Positions 37,301 to 49,256 of a stretch of DNA of 64,000 nt are shown here, one piece after another; the stretch's first letter is position 1, and every line of letters starts with the position of its first letter. Below the pieces are notes generated by a model. It did no database searches. It was not told the DNA's origin and saw only the letters and a list, made by a program, of their open reading frames with translations. Source of the DNA: Macrostomum hystrix. Lineage: Eukaryota; Animalia; Platyhelminthes. The position numbers and the translations under genes are program-made. The stretch is taken from positions 19,158,001 through 19,222,000 of the forward strand of contig CATNEN010000038.1 of the NCBI GenBank assembly GCA_950097015.1, written 5' to 3'.

Positions 37301-38996
37301 ATGGGTACCAGCATTAGCTGGAGTAGAAATATAGCAAGACTAGCCCAGTCCATGGACTGAACAATTATAAAACTGGGTTTAAATAGTTGGGGCGCTGCCA
37401 ATAGCTGTACATCTTGATATGGCCCAGCTGGGTTTTGTTATCATTTCCATTTCCTACTATCTTTATTGATTCTAAATCGTGATTTCTTCTCCGTGTACCT
37501 ACTTGCTTTAACATGCCAACAATCACTCACATTAGTACCTCTGCGCATATTAAATTTGCATGATCGTTCTCTAACATTTCCGTTAATAAAACTCAAATTT
37601 AACACTGTCTGTTGTTAAAATATGTTTTATATAGTTATCCTTCTCAAACCAGTAAACACTGCATGCGACTATGGTAATTTTTTGCTTTTTTGCTAATTGA
37701 TCTTGATATTTATAGCTAAATATTTATTGTTTAAGCATTAGTTACCATTGTAGCTTTTTAATAGCAAACAAAGCTTTGCAAATTGTTGGAACCTGAAGGT
37801 TTTTTGTCTCCTAAAATTACATATTCAGTTAGTTCTGAAGTATAAGCAATGTGAGGATTCGGTTAGTTCTGAAGTATTAGCAATGTGAGGATTCAGTTAG
37901 TTCTGAAGTATTAGCAATGTGAGGATTCGGTTAGTTCTGAAGTATAAGCAATGTGAGGATTCGGTTAGTTCTGAAGTACAAGCAATGTGAGGATTCGGTT
38001 AGTTCTGAAGTATTAGCAATGTCAGGATTCAGTTAGTTCTGAAGTATTAGCAATGTGAGGATTCAGTTAGTTCTGAAGTATTAGCAATGTGAGAATTCAG
38101 TTAGTTCTGAAGTATTAGCAATGTGAGGATTCGGTTAGTTCTGAAGTATTAGCAATGTGAGGATTCGGTTAGTTCTGAACTATTAGCAATGTGAGGATTC
38201 GGTTAGTTCTGAAGTATTAGCAATGTGAGAATTCAGTTAGTTCTGAAGTATAAGCAATGTGAGGATTCGGTTAGTTCTGAAGTATTAGCAATGTGAGGAT
38301 TCGGTTAGTTCTGAACTATTAGCAATGTGAGGATTCGGTTAGTTCTGAACTATTAGCAATGAGAGGATTCAGTTAGTTCTGAAGTATAAGCAATGTGAGG
38401 ATTCGGTTAGTTCTGAACTATTAGCAATGTGAGGATTCGGTTAGTTCTGAAGTATTAGCAATGTGAGGATTCGGTTAGTTCTGAACTATTAGCAATGTGA
38501 GGATTCGGTTAGTTCTGAAGTATTAGCAACGTGAGGATTCGGTTAGTTCTGAACTATTAGCAATGTGAGGATTCGGTTAGTTCTGAACTATTAGCAATGA
38601 GAGGATTCGGTTAGTTCTGAACTATTAGCAATGTGAGGATTCGGTTAGTTCTGAAGTATTATCAATGTGAGGATTCGGTTAGTTCTGAACTAATTCTGAT
38701 AATTCGGCAAAAAAATATTTTTAACGTTATAAGTGATTTTCTTCCATTTCTAGTACATCACATTAATAAGTTATTAAGAAATCAGTTTTCTATGATTAAT
38801 TTTGTTATAATAATTTCGAAATTTCCTAGAAAAATCGCGCGCCAGTCAGCAGCTTAGCGGCGCCGGTGTTAGCGGAGTCAGCGTCGCTGGTGATCGACCC
38901 CAAAGAGACAGCGCCGCTGGTGCCTCGGCTGTCAATCGTCAGTCGCAGCGCTATAGCCAGCTGCCGCCGTACGCGCAAGAGGCGTACGACTATTAG
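23388..38996 (+). CDS. PROM1: Prominin-family pentaspan glycoprotein; exons 23388-23637, 23753-23790, 24901-25121, 30515-30803, 32179-32540, 33038-33462, 33973-34448, 34695-35218, 36146-36199, 37070-37110, 38830-38996
   Basis: Signal peptide; TM1 followed by Cys cluster FSCRCCCGKCGG; FYYFGLAFGFCG...CCNKGVGANMLLTG (TM3-4); QPMNGYWAGLGLFLLCLLPAIVLACKLANLYRK (TM5). All junctions GT-AG with consistent phases; the tail exons are less certain. Symbol denotes family, not one-to-one orthology. Confidence 0.9.
23965..24295. repeat. 29-31-bp purine-rich minisatellite GTGGGAGAATGAAGGCAGATTGGTAGACA
   Basis: Tandem units visible in prominin intron 2. Confidence 0.93.
25162..25655. repeat. (CTGT/CTGC)n microsatellite about 40 nt after a prominin donor
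   Basis: Directly visible; source of several spurious ORFs. Confidence 0.97.
26615..27068. mobile_element. Two-copy dispersed element: 22-bp CT-rich minisatellite plus ~190-bp unique tail (copy 1, short array)
   Basis: Array TCTCATCTTCCTCTCCCTTCAA at 26615-26762; tail 26885-27068 aligns with 31683-31877. Confidence 0.7.
27650..29270 (+). pseudogene. Decayed non-LTR retrotransposon (LINE) reverse transcriptase in prominin intron 3
   Basis: Frameshifted RT motifs VTPIYK, YRPISVLPAIARLF, DLKSAFDMVNH, GVRQSCPLSP, YCDDL and a C-terminal FRLGNHRL...CPYC...ENEVHFLFRC zinc-knuckle region. Confidence 0.9.
29522..30490. repeat. 39/42-bp minisatellite (GTTTTTATCCCGTCTGAAAGATCT[GCT]GTCCAATATCCCATTCTA) decaying up to the acceptor at 30514
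   Basis: Over 20 units visible; source of ORF 29458-30300. Confidence 0.96.
30850..31877. mobile_element. Two-copy dispersed element (copy 2, expanded 22-bp array 30850-31572 plus tail)
   Basis: Same unit and same tail (TGGCACAGC...GGGGCGCA...TCTGGGTGCTTT.AAAGTGCA.TGAAGTGA...AGAACT.GCC) as copy 1. Confidence 0.7.
31928..32118 (+). mobile_element. SINE family B (copy 2, internally deleted)
   Basis: GCAGAGCGG...CCAAGGTCCCTGAGCTCGATTCCGCG...GAGAAAGTCAGGGCAGAT...GCTCAGGAGTCAG is the reverse complement of the other copies. Confidence 0.85.
32556..32857 (-). mobile_element. SINE family B (copy 3)
   Basis: Aligns along its length with 19335-19630. Confidence 0.88.
33480..33915. repeat. 38-bp minisatellite GAATGGATTGCTAATCTATCCCTATGGATGACGGAATA filling most of a 510-nt intron
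   Basis: Starts about 17 nt after the donor at 33463 and ends about 57 nt before the acceptor at 33972. Confidence 0.95.
35377..35574. mobile_element. 198-bp MITE with ~36-bp TIRs and probable TA target duplication
   Basis: TACCCGCCTGGCTGAGGTAATCCGGTTTTTATCCGG versus CCGGGTAAAAACCGGATTACCACAGCCAGGCGGGTA (two mismatches); internal TCCGG repeats. Confidence 0.9.
35618..35995. repeat. 20-bp pyrimidine-rich minisatellite CCTATCTACCTTCTCT(A/G)TTC
   Basis: Directly visible. Confidence 0.95.
37823..38692. repeat. 34-bp minisatellite GTTAGTTCTGAAGTATTAGCAATGTGAGGATTCG in last prominin intron
   Basis: About 25 units visible. Confidence 0.96.
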
Positions 38997-41469
38997 CTTA
39001 GTGCTGATTGAATCTGACGGTTTATTATAACGGGCTCAAAAATTTGAGGTAGTAGTATCCGAGGTAAATGTTGCGTTTTTTATCAATTTTTACTAAAATA
39101 AAGTCAGCAATGAAGAATGTGTGTTGTTTTTTTCATTAGCACTGTGGGGACGATTCCGCTAAACCCTGAACACACCGCTAAGCCCACTATCTTTAATATT
39201 ATTTAATATTATTTAATAATATTATTTAAATGTTCTATATTGAAATGCAAAATATTTTTGTAACTTATTGTTAATTATTTTGTTCTATAATAATTTGAAT
39301 TTATTATATGCATGCAATATATGGTATCCTTTGCCAACTCTGAAACAGCAGCAGATATGTTTTTTATTTCCTCTGAATACTGCTTACGGATAAGTATCAT
39401 CTTCGAAAACAATATACTTTTAATTGCTAGTATTATATTTATATACGCTAGAAATGCTTCTCACAGTCACAATTATTTGCTCTAGAAACCGCTACTAGCT
39501 GTGTTCGTTTCCCAAAAAATTCCCATTTAAACACGATCCTTATTTTGATTTAGGAGTTTATTATCCTACTCTTATCCTACTTAAGAGGTATACGCTGTTA
39601 TTAATTATTTTCCCTTTAAGCTACTTAACAGTGTAACAACAAATTTTGCTAGCTTTTTGAAACAAAAGTATTTTTTACTGATTTTTACATTAATCCTAGC
39701 ACTCAAAAATGTTAGTAAAGCGAAATTTCGTGTCGTTTTCATTTGTTTTTATTTTCTATAATCATAATTCTATTGTTTTAAATTTGATTGACTGAACAAT
39801 CTAGCATTGATGTATATAGTAAAAATATTTTTTTGAGAGTAGTACATTCAGAGTACGATAATTAAATATATGAAGTAATGTATACATTATACGTTTTTGT
39901 TCAATTAATCAGTTAAATATTTAAATAGATATGTCATCTGTTTGTATTTTCTTTGAAAGGAAAGGTAAAACTGTATTTTTCACACCTTTGTTTGTTTTTT
40001 CATATTTCTCCTATGTTAATAGTTCTCTTGTGCTTTGATTTAGTTGCAATATGTGATCGTCCATTTCTTCCGAATTGAGTTTCGCAGAAAGATTTTTGTA
40101 ACTTGTGGCATACTGTCAAGAAGTAGCCTGTAAAATTTTGTTATGAGTAATATTTATGGTTGCGATACAATTATAATACTTCTTTGCTGATGCAGCAAAA
40201 ATTTTATGTGCACTCAAATTGCTTCAAACAGTTTTCTTTCGCTTGTTATTTAAAGTTTTATATTTTTCATCAACATTTTCCCTTGCTGTATTTTTTGTGT
40301 TTTTTAAGGCGTGAAAATGTTATTGTGCTTATTAAAGCTAGTCAATAATTAGCGACTTTATCGCTGTAAGTAAAACAAATTTATTTTTTTGTTTCACTGC
40401 CACAGGAAAAGGTTCAAAAACTTTAATATGCAAGCACGCAAATCGATGTTGTGAGTAATATCAGCTATAAAAAGCTATTCAGCTAACGAAGCATACGAGC
40501 TAGATTTTCATTAAGCAAAAAATACTCGCACATTTAACTACTATCTTTTCGCACAAACAATACGAACAAAATTTTAAGTACAATAACTGCGCTACCAAAA
40601 TAGTATATTTCTTTTTTTCCTGGCTATCTAAGAAAATGTTAATCATCGGCAGAAATATTTTCACTTTCTTTATTTTTTGCCGGAATACTTATTTCTGGTT
40701 TTTTGCCCCTCCTGTTTTAGTACCGGACAAAAATAAATGAATGATTGGATATCATAGGATGGGATATATAGAATATATATATACACTATACGTTGTATAT
40801 ATCTGCTGTTATCTGTACAGGATCTACTGAAATGTTTGATTCGATTTCTGCTAAACATCCTAAACTGGAAATCAGATTCGCAGTGTTACTCACAGCATAT
40901 ATTATTTAAAACGTACCCTAGCTGTCTTGTTACACACCGTCAGACAAAAACAAAGTCGCCCTTTAAATATTGTAAAAATATGATTAACGTAACTTAGTCA
41001 TAAAAGTAGTAGTTTCATTTCAAACTTCTAGCCCTTTTCATTTCATAATGTTAAAAATACTGAAGGTTGGAACAAAAAACCTTTAAATAATTATATGCAG
41101 AGATTTGAACAGCAACTCAAAAAACTTGACTTAAAAACTAAACTAAAAGCATATACCACTTTCATTGCCATTGATTTCACGAGAACTTGTCTAATCCGAA
41201 GTTATTAGTTGCAATTAAAGAAAACATGCCTTAATCGACAGGTTTTCATTTTTTTAACTAAAATATCTGTAAAAAGTTAGCTAACCTGTAAAATACTTTG
41301 CCTTATTACAATTTTGTTATAAACCGGTACTATAGTACGACTTGATCAATTTTATAAAGGCGCGCGTGTCTTCTACAAACTAAAGTCACTTTTCTTGGAG
41401 TTGCAATCATCAAGTTAATGATTACCTATGACTTGCGAAAACAAATAACAAGGAGTATATCGTGAAAAA

Positions 41470-44400
41470 ATGCCGTCTCTTTCAAGCAAACAGGATCCAG
41501 TAAAATTCTGTGCTGAATCCGTTGATGGGATGAAAAATTTGCAAATCTATGTAGAAAAAAAGATTCGCAATCTTGAGAAGAGAAAGGTGAGCAGCACACT
41601 CTTTATAGTCAACATACAGCCATGGTGTTTTATTTATATTTTGTTCGATTTAATATATAAATAATATTTTATAGTATAGCCAGTGAAAATCTTTATTGGG
41701 CTTGTGTTTGTATTAGCTTTTAGTACTTGTGAGTTAATATACTAGGCCTAATAGCTACTAGCTTGCTAGCTAGTTCCAGCTAGACCTCTGGCAAGCTTCT
41801 TGCTAACAGCTTATTTAGCTACTAGTTACAGAGTAATGCCAGCTATATTAGCCTATTAAATTTCAACTCACCATACCTGACCAAGCCACGAAGCCAGTAA
41901 CCTAGGGCCTAGCCTAGCCTAGGTGACTAGCCTATGCTTGAACAGTTCTAGCTAGTGTAGCAGCTAGACACTAGCTAAAACTACTGGCTTAGTCCTACTT
42001 CTAGTATAGGTTCTATTTGATTAGTTTATAACCTGCGAGTCAGCTAACTATTTTATCTACTTTTTATATTTGTTTAAGTCTTCATTTGTGTGCAACATTT
42101 TTGCTCATTTTTTCAACACATTGACCATTGTTAACCTTTTAATGGGTATTGCCTGTAAATAGCAGTACATTTACTATAGTTACTGTTTTAAAGAAAATAT
42201 TATATTGTGTGTTAATTTTTATATATCCTATTGCTTTACTATTTCTTAAAGGCAACTTAAACCAGAAACCATGATTTATAACAGTAGGATTTGTTATAAT
42301 GAAATTAATTCTTAATTCATTCCTAACTTAACTTTACTTTAGAACAGGTAAGAGGAATAAAAGTTGTATTGTATGAGGTATATATAGGGTAAATTATACA
42401 CAGTAGTCCTAGAAATGTAAAACTCTAAGGTTTGACTAGAATTAGTTAAACTATTAATATTTTGTTTAGGATAACCAGTTAGCCCTAGGCCAGTTATAAA
42501 CACTTTCATATATTTTTATATGTAAACATATTTTATTGAAACTACAGTATTAATTTTGTAGTCAATTTTCATCAAAAATGTACTTTAAAGTAGCTAAAAT
42601 TTGTTTTATCAATGTAAAAAATGCAACATACCTGTGACCATATACCTACACATAAATATAAGAGGGTGTTTTAAAATGAACATTAGAAAATGTGTTTCTG
42701 CTCAGAAGCTAAGATAAACATTACCAGTTTTTTTCAACATAACATGCTATGTTGAGTAATAGTTTTATTATAGTAATCCATCTTAAAGATTAGCTAGGTA
42801 TTGACTAAACAAATAGCATGCTTGTTTTAAAAGTTTTAATTTGTGATAGAAAGCATGTTAAATAATGTGAGATAAATGAGCTATAGACACTTAAGTTGGT
42901 TCTACTAAAAAGTGACTGTTTACCTAGTGCAAAAGTTTGTCTAATTTTTAGATGAAACATTAGATGATCCAAGGGTATATATATTTATTTGCAATTTTCA
43001 TTCTTTTTTTCATCAAAAATTATACAATATTTGTATCCACATTCCTCTAACTGCACAACAGAAACGCCTTGATGAGTATCAGAAGCTTAAGCAGAGTGGC
43101 GAGCGCTTGGAGCCTCAGCAAGAGGAAGCCCTGGCCAGCATGGGCATCGTTGTTGGCAGCTTGGACTTTGCTCGGGACATGCTAAGCCAGATTGGTAGTA
43201 GCCTGAGTGAGCAGGAAAAAGCCGCCAAGAAGGCTGAAAAACGGCAGAGAATCGAAAAAGAGCGACGCGATGTAGACCTGGTCCGCAGCCTGCTTTCTAT
43301 TCAGTGTCTGTTAGATGAGATGGGCAGCGAGGAGACCAAGGCGCTATTCTCTGGCGAGGCGCCACTGGCTGGGATGGCTCTCAGCCAGAATGAGGTTAAA
43401 CTGCTTAACTGTATAATGAAATAAAAGCTAGGATCTTTTTGACAATTTTGAGACTATATTACTGTTCCAGGCTTGTGTTAGAGCTATGAATTTTGTTTCT
43501 GTTTTGTCTCTAGTTTAAGTCTCTCGACTCGCTCTACCAAATCATCACGCCGAGCCGAAGCCACGAGGACATCGGCGAGGCGGCTACCGCAACGCCCTGG
43601 TCGGCTCAGCTGCAGGCCTGCGCAGAGAACTGCGCCAGCCTGTTAGAGGCCAAGGAGCGGCCACTTGGCCAGGGTACTACCGTCAGCTATCGCGAGGTGC
43701 GGGACCTGCTAGACAAGTGAGAAAAAATAGATATCTCCTGCGTTTTTCCATCGCTGCAACAACATACGCGCCCGTAGCATAGCATTTCTTTATTGATCGA
43801 CGGGAAAGTTACACTGGAACTAGAAGCAACCGTTCAATTCCATCACACTAGAACCAGCGTTTACTATAAGACTACGAGTATAACCAACTGTCACTTCCAT
43901 TAGACTGGAACCAACTGTCACTTCCATTAGACTGGAACCAACTGTCACTTCCATTAGACTGGAACCAACTTTCGGTTCCATCGCATTGGACTAGAACCAA
44001 CTGCCAGTTTCAGGATAGTTTTTCAATTTTCAATTCTTCCCGTGAGGCTGTAGGAAACTTCTAATTCCATAAGGCGATAATCACTTCCATGAGACTAGAA
44101 CAAACTTATCTTATGCATAAAAAGGAATGAAACTTACCACTACCGTTCTATTCAAATAAGCTGTGAGCCTGTAACTGTAAATCCGCACCACTACAGGCTG
44201 GCAGCTTTGCCTTATTTTGCCTCCAATACGGTGCCAAAGCTCGGCAGTCAGGAAGCTGGCAACGACGCTGCAATTCTACAGCCGGAGGAGGATCAGGCAG
44301 CCGCCGTCGCTGAGCCATACTCCGTTGACTCCGCCGCTCCTCCTTCGCCGCCGCCTTCGCCAATGGAACGCGAGGCCCAGCCGACTGCGGTCACGCTGCC

Positions 44401-45543
44401 GCCACCTGCTGCCGGCAATGGCCTGCCTGACAGCAATCACCTTTCCCAGATCAACCACGCACACGAGCTGCAACAGATGGTCAACCTCATGCAGCATCAG
44501 CACCTGCTGCCCGAACCTGCTTCAGTCGCCTATTCTCATGGGCCCACCATAGCCGCTCCGGCTGCTGTTGAAACATCGGCTGGCGAATCTCTAAACACTT
44601 TGCGCCAGAAGGTCAAAGGTCAGTTCGATTTTATTCAGGATTCGGAATTGGCGCCTCCGGCTTCGGCCGCGGCTATGGCATCGTCCGGTGTCGTTATCGG
44701 CGCCGGCGAAAGCTCAGCTGGTCAGCCGACCGACTGGGCGGACGACTTGCCAGATACTGAACAGGTGGGAAAAACTTTGTTATTAATCGATTTATTCTTG
44801 AAATGCAAATTTATGTGTCAAATTTAGTATAGAAAAACGTTTTTTGCTGCCGCTAAATTTTACAGCCTGGCAAATCGTGGGCCGACTCTTCCTGGAGTGG
44901 CTCCATGCAGCAGCCGGCCATGCAGAGTGCACCCGGCTCTGAGGACGTGTTTGCTTCGGCCACCCAATCAGAATTTTTGCGATCCGCCAGCGAGCAGCAG
45001 CAGCAGCAGCACCAACAACAGCAGCAGATCATGATGCAGCAGCACCAGCAAAATTCTTATCATCAGCAGCAGCAGTTTGTTCCAGATCAGCAGCAACAGT
45101 CTGGCGGCTTCGAGAATGGCCCCGCTGGTGGCTACGGTGGCGGTGGCAGAGGACGCAGTCGTGGTGGCGCTAATGAATATCGCGGTGGACGCGGCGGCTA
45201 TCGCGATGGTGGCGGCGGCGGATTTCGCGATGGCGGTAGCGGTGGCGGCAATTTTCGCGAAGGCGGCGGCGGCGGCTACCGAGATAACGGAGGCGGCAAC
45301 TACCGCGGCGGCAATCGCGGAGGTTTCCGAAATCCAAATGACTATCGCAGCAGCGGTGGCGCTGACTTCCGCAGCGGTGGTGGCGGAGGCGGTCGCAGTG
45401 GAGGCGGCGGCAGTTTCGGCGGCCCTCGCGGTGGAGGTCGCGGCGGTGGCGGTGGTGGCGGCTTCAACCGTTCGCAACAACCTCAGCAGCGCGGAGGCGC
45501 CGGTGCCAGCTACAACCGAGGCGGTGGCGGACCGCCGCAGTAA
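41470..45543 (+). CDS. CAPRIN1: Caprin-family RNA-granule protein; exons 41470-41586, 43062-43394, 43514-43716, 44197-44764, 44866-45543
   Basis: N-terminal VEKKIRNLEKRK/KRLDEYQKLKQSGERLEPQQEEAL coiled coil, FDFIQDSE (G3BP-binding motif of caprins), poly-Q and RGG-rich C terminus; GT-AG junctions in phase. Confidence 0.92.
43810..44010. repeat. Short 27-bp tandem repeat CCAACTGTCACTTCCATTAGACTGGAA
   Basis: Three near-perfect units at 43883-43970 with decayed flanking units. Confidence 0.85.
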
Positions 45544-46963
45544 AGAGGCTGCTTCTCTGCCGGGCTTAAAAAATTTCCTGTCTATGGGTTTTTTACTTCT
45601 ACACTTTGAATGTCATCATCGTCAAAGTGCGGTTTAGGATAGCTTGATTAATGAGCAGTTAGTACAATCGAGGTATGTGTCAGTCCGTTAAAGTTATTTT
45701 TTGTTTGTTTATGTAGCCATTTTATTTTAACAGTTTTTTCTACTGCGTGCGGGATTTGTAGCACTGACAGCTTGTTTTGTTTGCTTATTGACGAGACTAA
45801 CAAGTGGGTCAAATGGTTTTTAGTAATAATTCTGCTGAGGTTAATTAAAATGCGCGCAAAGTGATTATATTAAAATTATATTATTGGCCTGTCTCTCTGT
45901 TTTTTCTTAACCATTTTGTGCATCTTGTCTAAGTTCAAATCAGCAGCGCATAGACGCAGCTACATTTACACACAGGCTTCACTGGTTTAAAATTGGAGTG
46001 GCTAAAGCTGGACTGGTGTATTCGAGTTCTGTGCCTTTTGTGTTATCTAATCTAAAGGAAGAACTTTAAAAAAATATTTATTGGGCTTTTTAAAATTGAT
46101 GTTTATAGCGTTTTCCCATCCGTACATATTCAGGCACTTGGTTGCTTTTTTTCCTTTACCCAAGCTATTTGTTACTCCATCCAAGTTAGGGATCAATATT
46201 GGCATCTCTATATAAATGTTCTTTCCATTTCTCCGGCTCACTTTCTCACCTGGTCCAGCAACAGTGGCGAAATGAAATACCGACTGCATTTGTTTATATT
46301 TAACGACGAATTTGCTCGCATTAGCACCATACCACGAGCACTACTAGTAGTAGAAACTTTGTAAAAAACGATTGAAAAAAATAAAATAAAACACAAATTC
46401 GTTATCGTACTACTAGCAGTAGGTGAGCAAAAGTATCGGTGTCGATTTTCGTTCGCCGCGCCCTCCTATTCGATTCGATCTTTTCATCCGCTATCAGCTA
46501 ATTATCTTCAATTACCTTCAATCCGCCCTGCTATTTTCTAACCCTAGACCCAGTGCTTAAATCCTTTTTTATCTTTGTTTTCTACCGCACCTCCTGACTG
46601 CATAAGTGCATGCTTGGCAACTAAATAGCTTCGCGCGTTGCGTGTGCGCTTTACATCTTAAAATAATGTGCGTGTCGCTGTAGTGTTTCAATGAAAAAAT
46701 GTCTCGAGATTTTTTCCACACCTTGTACAAGACATCTGTAGCAACAATGCACCGCTGTTCCTCGGCCAGTGACGAGAGCTGTTCTTTAATTTCAAAGTCT
46801 TTACTGTGCGATAGAATAAAAATATTCAGCGAAAGATGACGGCAAACCAGATTGTAAGTCTAGTTAGGGTTTAAGCATAGAGACAGTCTCATAAAATTAT
46901 AGATATGCATTTGCTTTTGCTTGCTTATTTCTTAAATTGATCGACTTTGAGATTCAGATTTTT

Positions 46964-47179
46964 CTAAGAAACATCGGTTGTTCTTGCGGTCTGAGCTTTC
47001 GGCATCGGCGCCACAGAAACAGCCGTTCTAGATCTTCGGCGTTGCTGCAGCTGCTGCTGTTGCCGCTGTCTTCTCTTGCAGGCGCCCCAAGCCAAAGCCG
47101 CGCCAGATAGCAGTCCAATGAAGCCAAGCACTGAGAGTGCAATCACGAGTGCCAGATTTTCTGTCGATATTGTGGTCAT
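46964..47179 (-). CDS. Putative 71-aa single-pass membrane microprotein
   Basis: Short N terminus, hydrophobic LALVIALSVLGFIGLLSGAALAWGAC, then basic KRRQR stop-transfer; exon-like GC content; candidate upstream acceptor (~47222) and AAG|GTGAGT donor (~47750). Confidence 0.6.
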   Translation of the reverse strand: MTTISTENLALVIALSVLGFIGLLSGAALAWGACKRRQRQQQQLQQRRRSRTAVSVAPMPKAQTARTTDVS

Positions 47180-48085
47180 CCCTGGTTCTTATAAGTTGCC
47201 ACATTTGCAGCCAGTGTGGCCTTTTAAAAGTCTGAAAATTTTAAATTAAAAACCATCTTATCCTGCGAGACTCCTGAGCCCATTGCTGGTACTTTTGTTG
47301 TGCTGTGTAGTCGGCTAGGCAGATACTGATAATCAATGAATAAACTGAGCAGTCTGCTCAAATTGTGCTTTATCGCGGCTGAGGGCCAGCAATGCCAGCT
47401 ATCCAGGCCGGCCATTTTCTCTACTATATCTTGCCTTGACTGTCGTAAGGCGCGTTGCTAAGGGGTGGCCGTGAAAGGATCGCAAAAAGGAAACTTGAAC
47501 CCGCCCGCACGACCCCTCCTGAAGCGGGGGTTGGGGTCTGTTCCTTACTCATACATACTCAAGTCATAAGCCTTGAAGTCTTACTTCGTTCCTAAACGAA
47601 GTTTCTAAACGTTATTTGCTACTCTCGTGCAATATTCGAACATTTACTAGCTCAAATAGTTTAAATAAACGTGAGCAGAGGATATAAATATTAATAAAAC
47701 TGAACTTTCATAGCAGCAGTTATAACTGAGAGTTGTGTTGTTTTACTCACCTTTTCTCAAATAGAGTCGAACAGAGGCTCGATTTGATAAATTTGAGCCT
47801 CTATTATAACTATTGTGCTGCTGAAATCAAACTTATCTCATTTGAAGATGCTGACGCGACTGCTGTGGGATTTTTTGATGCTTGAAGGTGCCTCTATTGT
47901 GTCCTAATTTGTAGATGCTGCTATAGCTGCTATTTAAACTCAGGTGTAGCACAAATACTGAGACTGACATCCAATCGCATGCGAGCCATGCAGCTTGTGC
48001 ATTTCGTGGCTTTGTCGCTTGCCAACTTTGGCCACCTATACAGCTATACAGTGCACAGCTGTAAAAGAGTACCGGTCCATTGGCC

Positions 48086-48660
48086 TCAACTGTAACACCC
48101 AGTACCCCAGGCCTTCAACTGTAACACCCAGTACCCCAGGCCTTCAACTGTAACACCCAGTACCCCAGGCCTTCAACTGTAACACCCAGTACCCCAGGCC
48201 TTCAACTGTAACACCCAGTACCCCAGGCCTTCAACTGTAACACCCAGTACCCCAGGCCTTCAACTGTAACACCCAGTACCCCAGGCCTTCAACTGTAACA
48301 CCCAGTACCCCAGGCCTTTAACTGTAACACCCAGTACCCCAGGCCTTCAACTGTAACACCCAGTACCCCAGGCCTTTAACTGTAACACCCAGTACCCCAG
48401 GCCTTCAACTGTAACACCCAGTACCCCAGGCCTTCAACTGTAACACCCAGTACCCCAGGCCTTCAACTGTAACACCCAGTACCCCAGGCCTTCAACTGTA
48501 ACACCCAGTACCTCAGGCCTTCAACTGTAACACCCAGTACCTCAGGCCTTCAACTGTAACACCCAGTACCTCAGGCCTTCAACTGTAACACCCAGTACCC
48601 CAGGCCTTCAACTGTAACACCCAGTACCTCAGGCCTTCAACTGTAACACACCGTACTTCA
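48086..48660. repeat. 29-bp minisatellite CAACTGTAACACCCAGTACCCCAGGCCTT
   Basis: About 19-20 near-identical units. Confidence 0.96.
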
Positions 48661-49256
48661 GCAGCTGCAGCTTTTTCTAATTAAATACAAAAATGATCAA
48701 GGCCAAGATAATAGCTCTTGTATTTATGAGTCCAAACGACGGCTTCCTAGTAATCAAAGGGTCAACTGATAGAAAACTCTAGTAAATCAATCGAATAATC
48801 AATTTAAAATTAACTTTATTGCCAATAAAAAACTAGGAGTAAACTAACCGGATTGGGCGCACTATAAAGAGCATACAGTATAATGCAAATAATGCGACGG
48901 AGCTTGTTTTAATTAGAAGAAACACCGGCGAAAAAAATTCGACACACGACATCATAATTTTGAAAACAGCCGCATACAAAAGCGTGAACAAACGCGGTTT
49001 ATCTTCACGATTCTTATGGCTGATTTGTTAATTGATGAAAATGGCATCCTTGTTAAATACTAACTTATCGTAACTTCAAGCTACGAACTACTGCAGGTGG
49101 GTGGATGGAAATGTAATTAAAGCATCTATTTTTTCAGTTAAAAAATTCCTACACCAATTACAAGCTATTTAGTCTACATTTTAGGTGAATGATATTAGTA
49201 AATTTCAGTTTAAAGTCCATTGTTTTTTCTCAGACTTGAATTAATGCTCCTAAATT

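Noticed and set aside
44968-45637. Ala/Val-rich overlapping ORFs across the caprin last exon, and antisense ORF 51878-52990 over MTHFD1
   Set aside because: By-products of GC-rich codon usage and low complexity in real exons; no independent coding signal.
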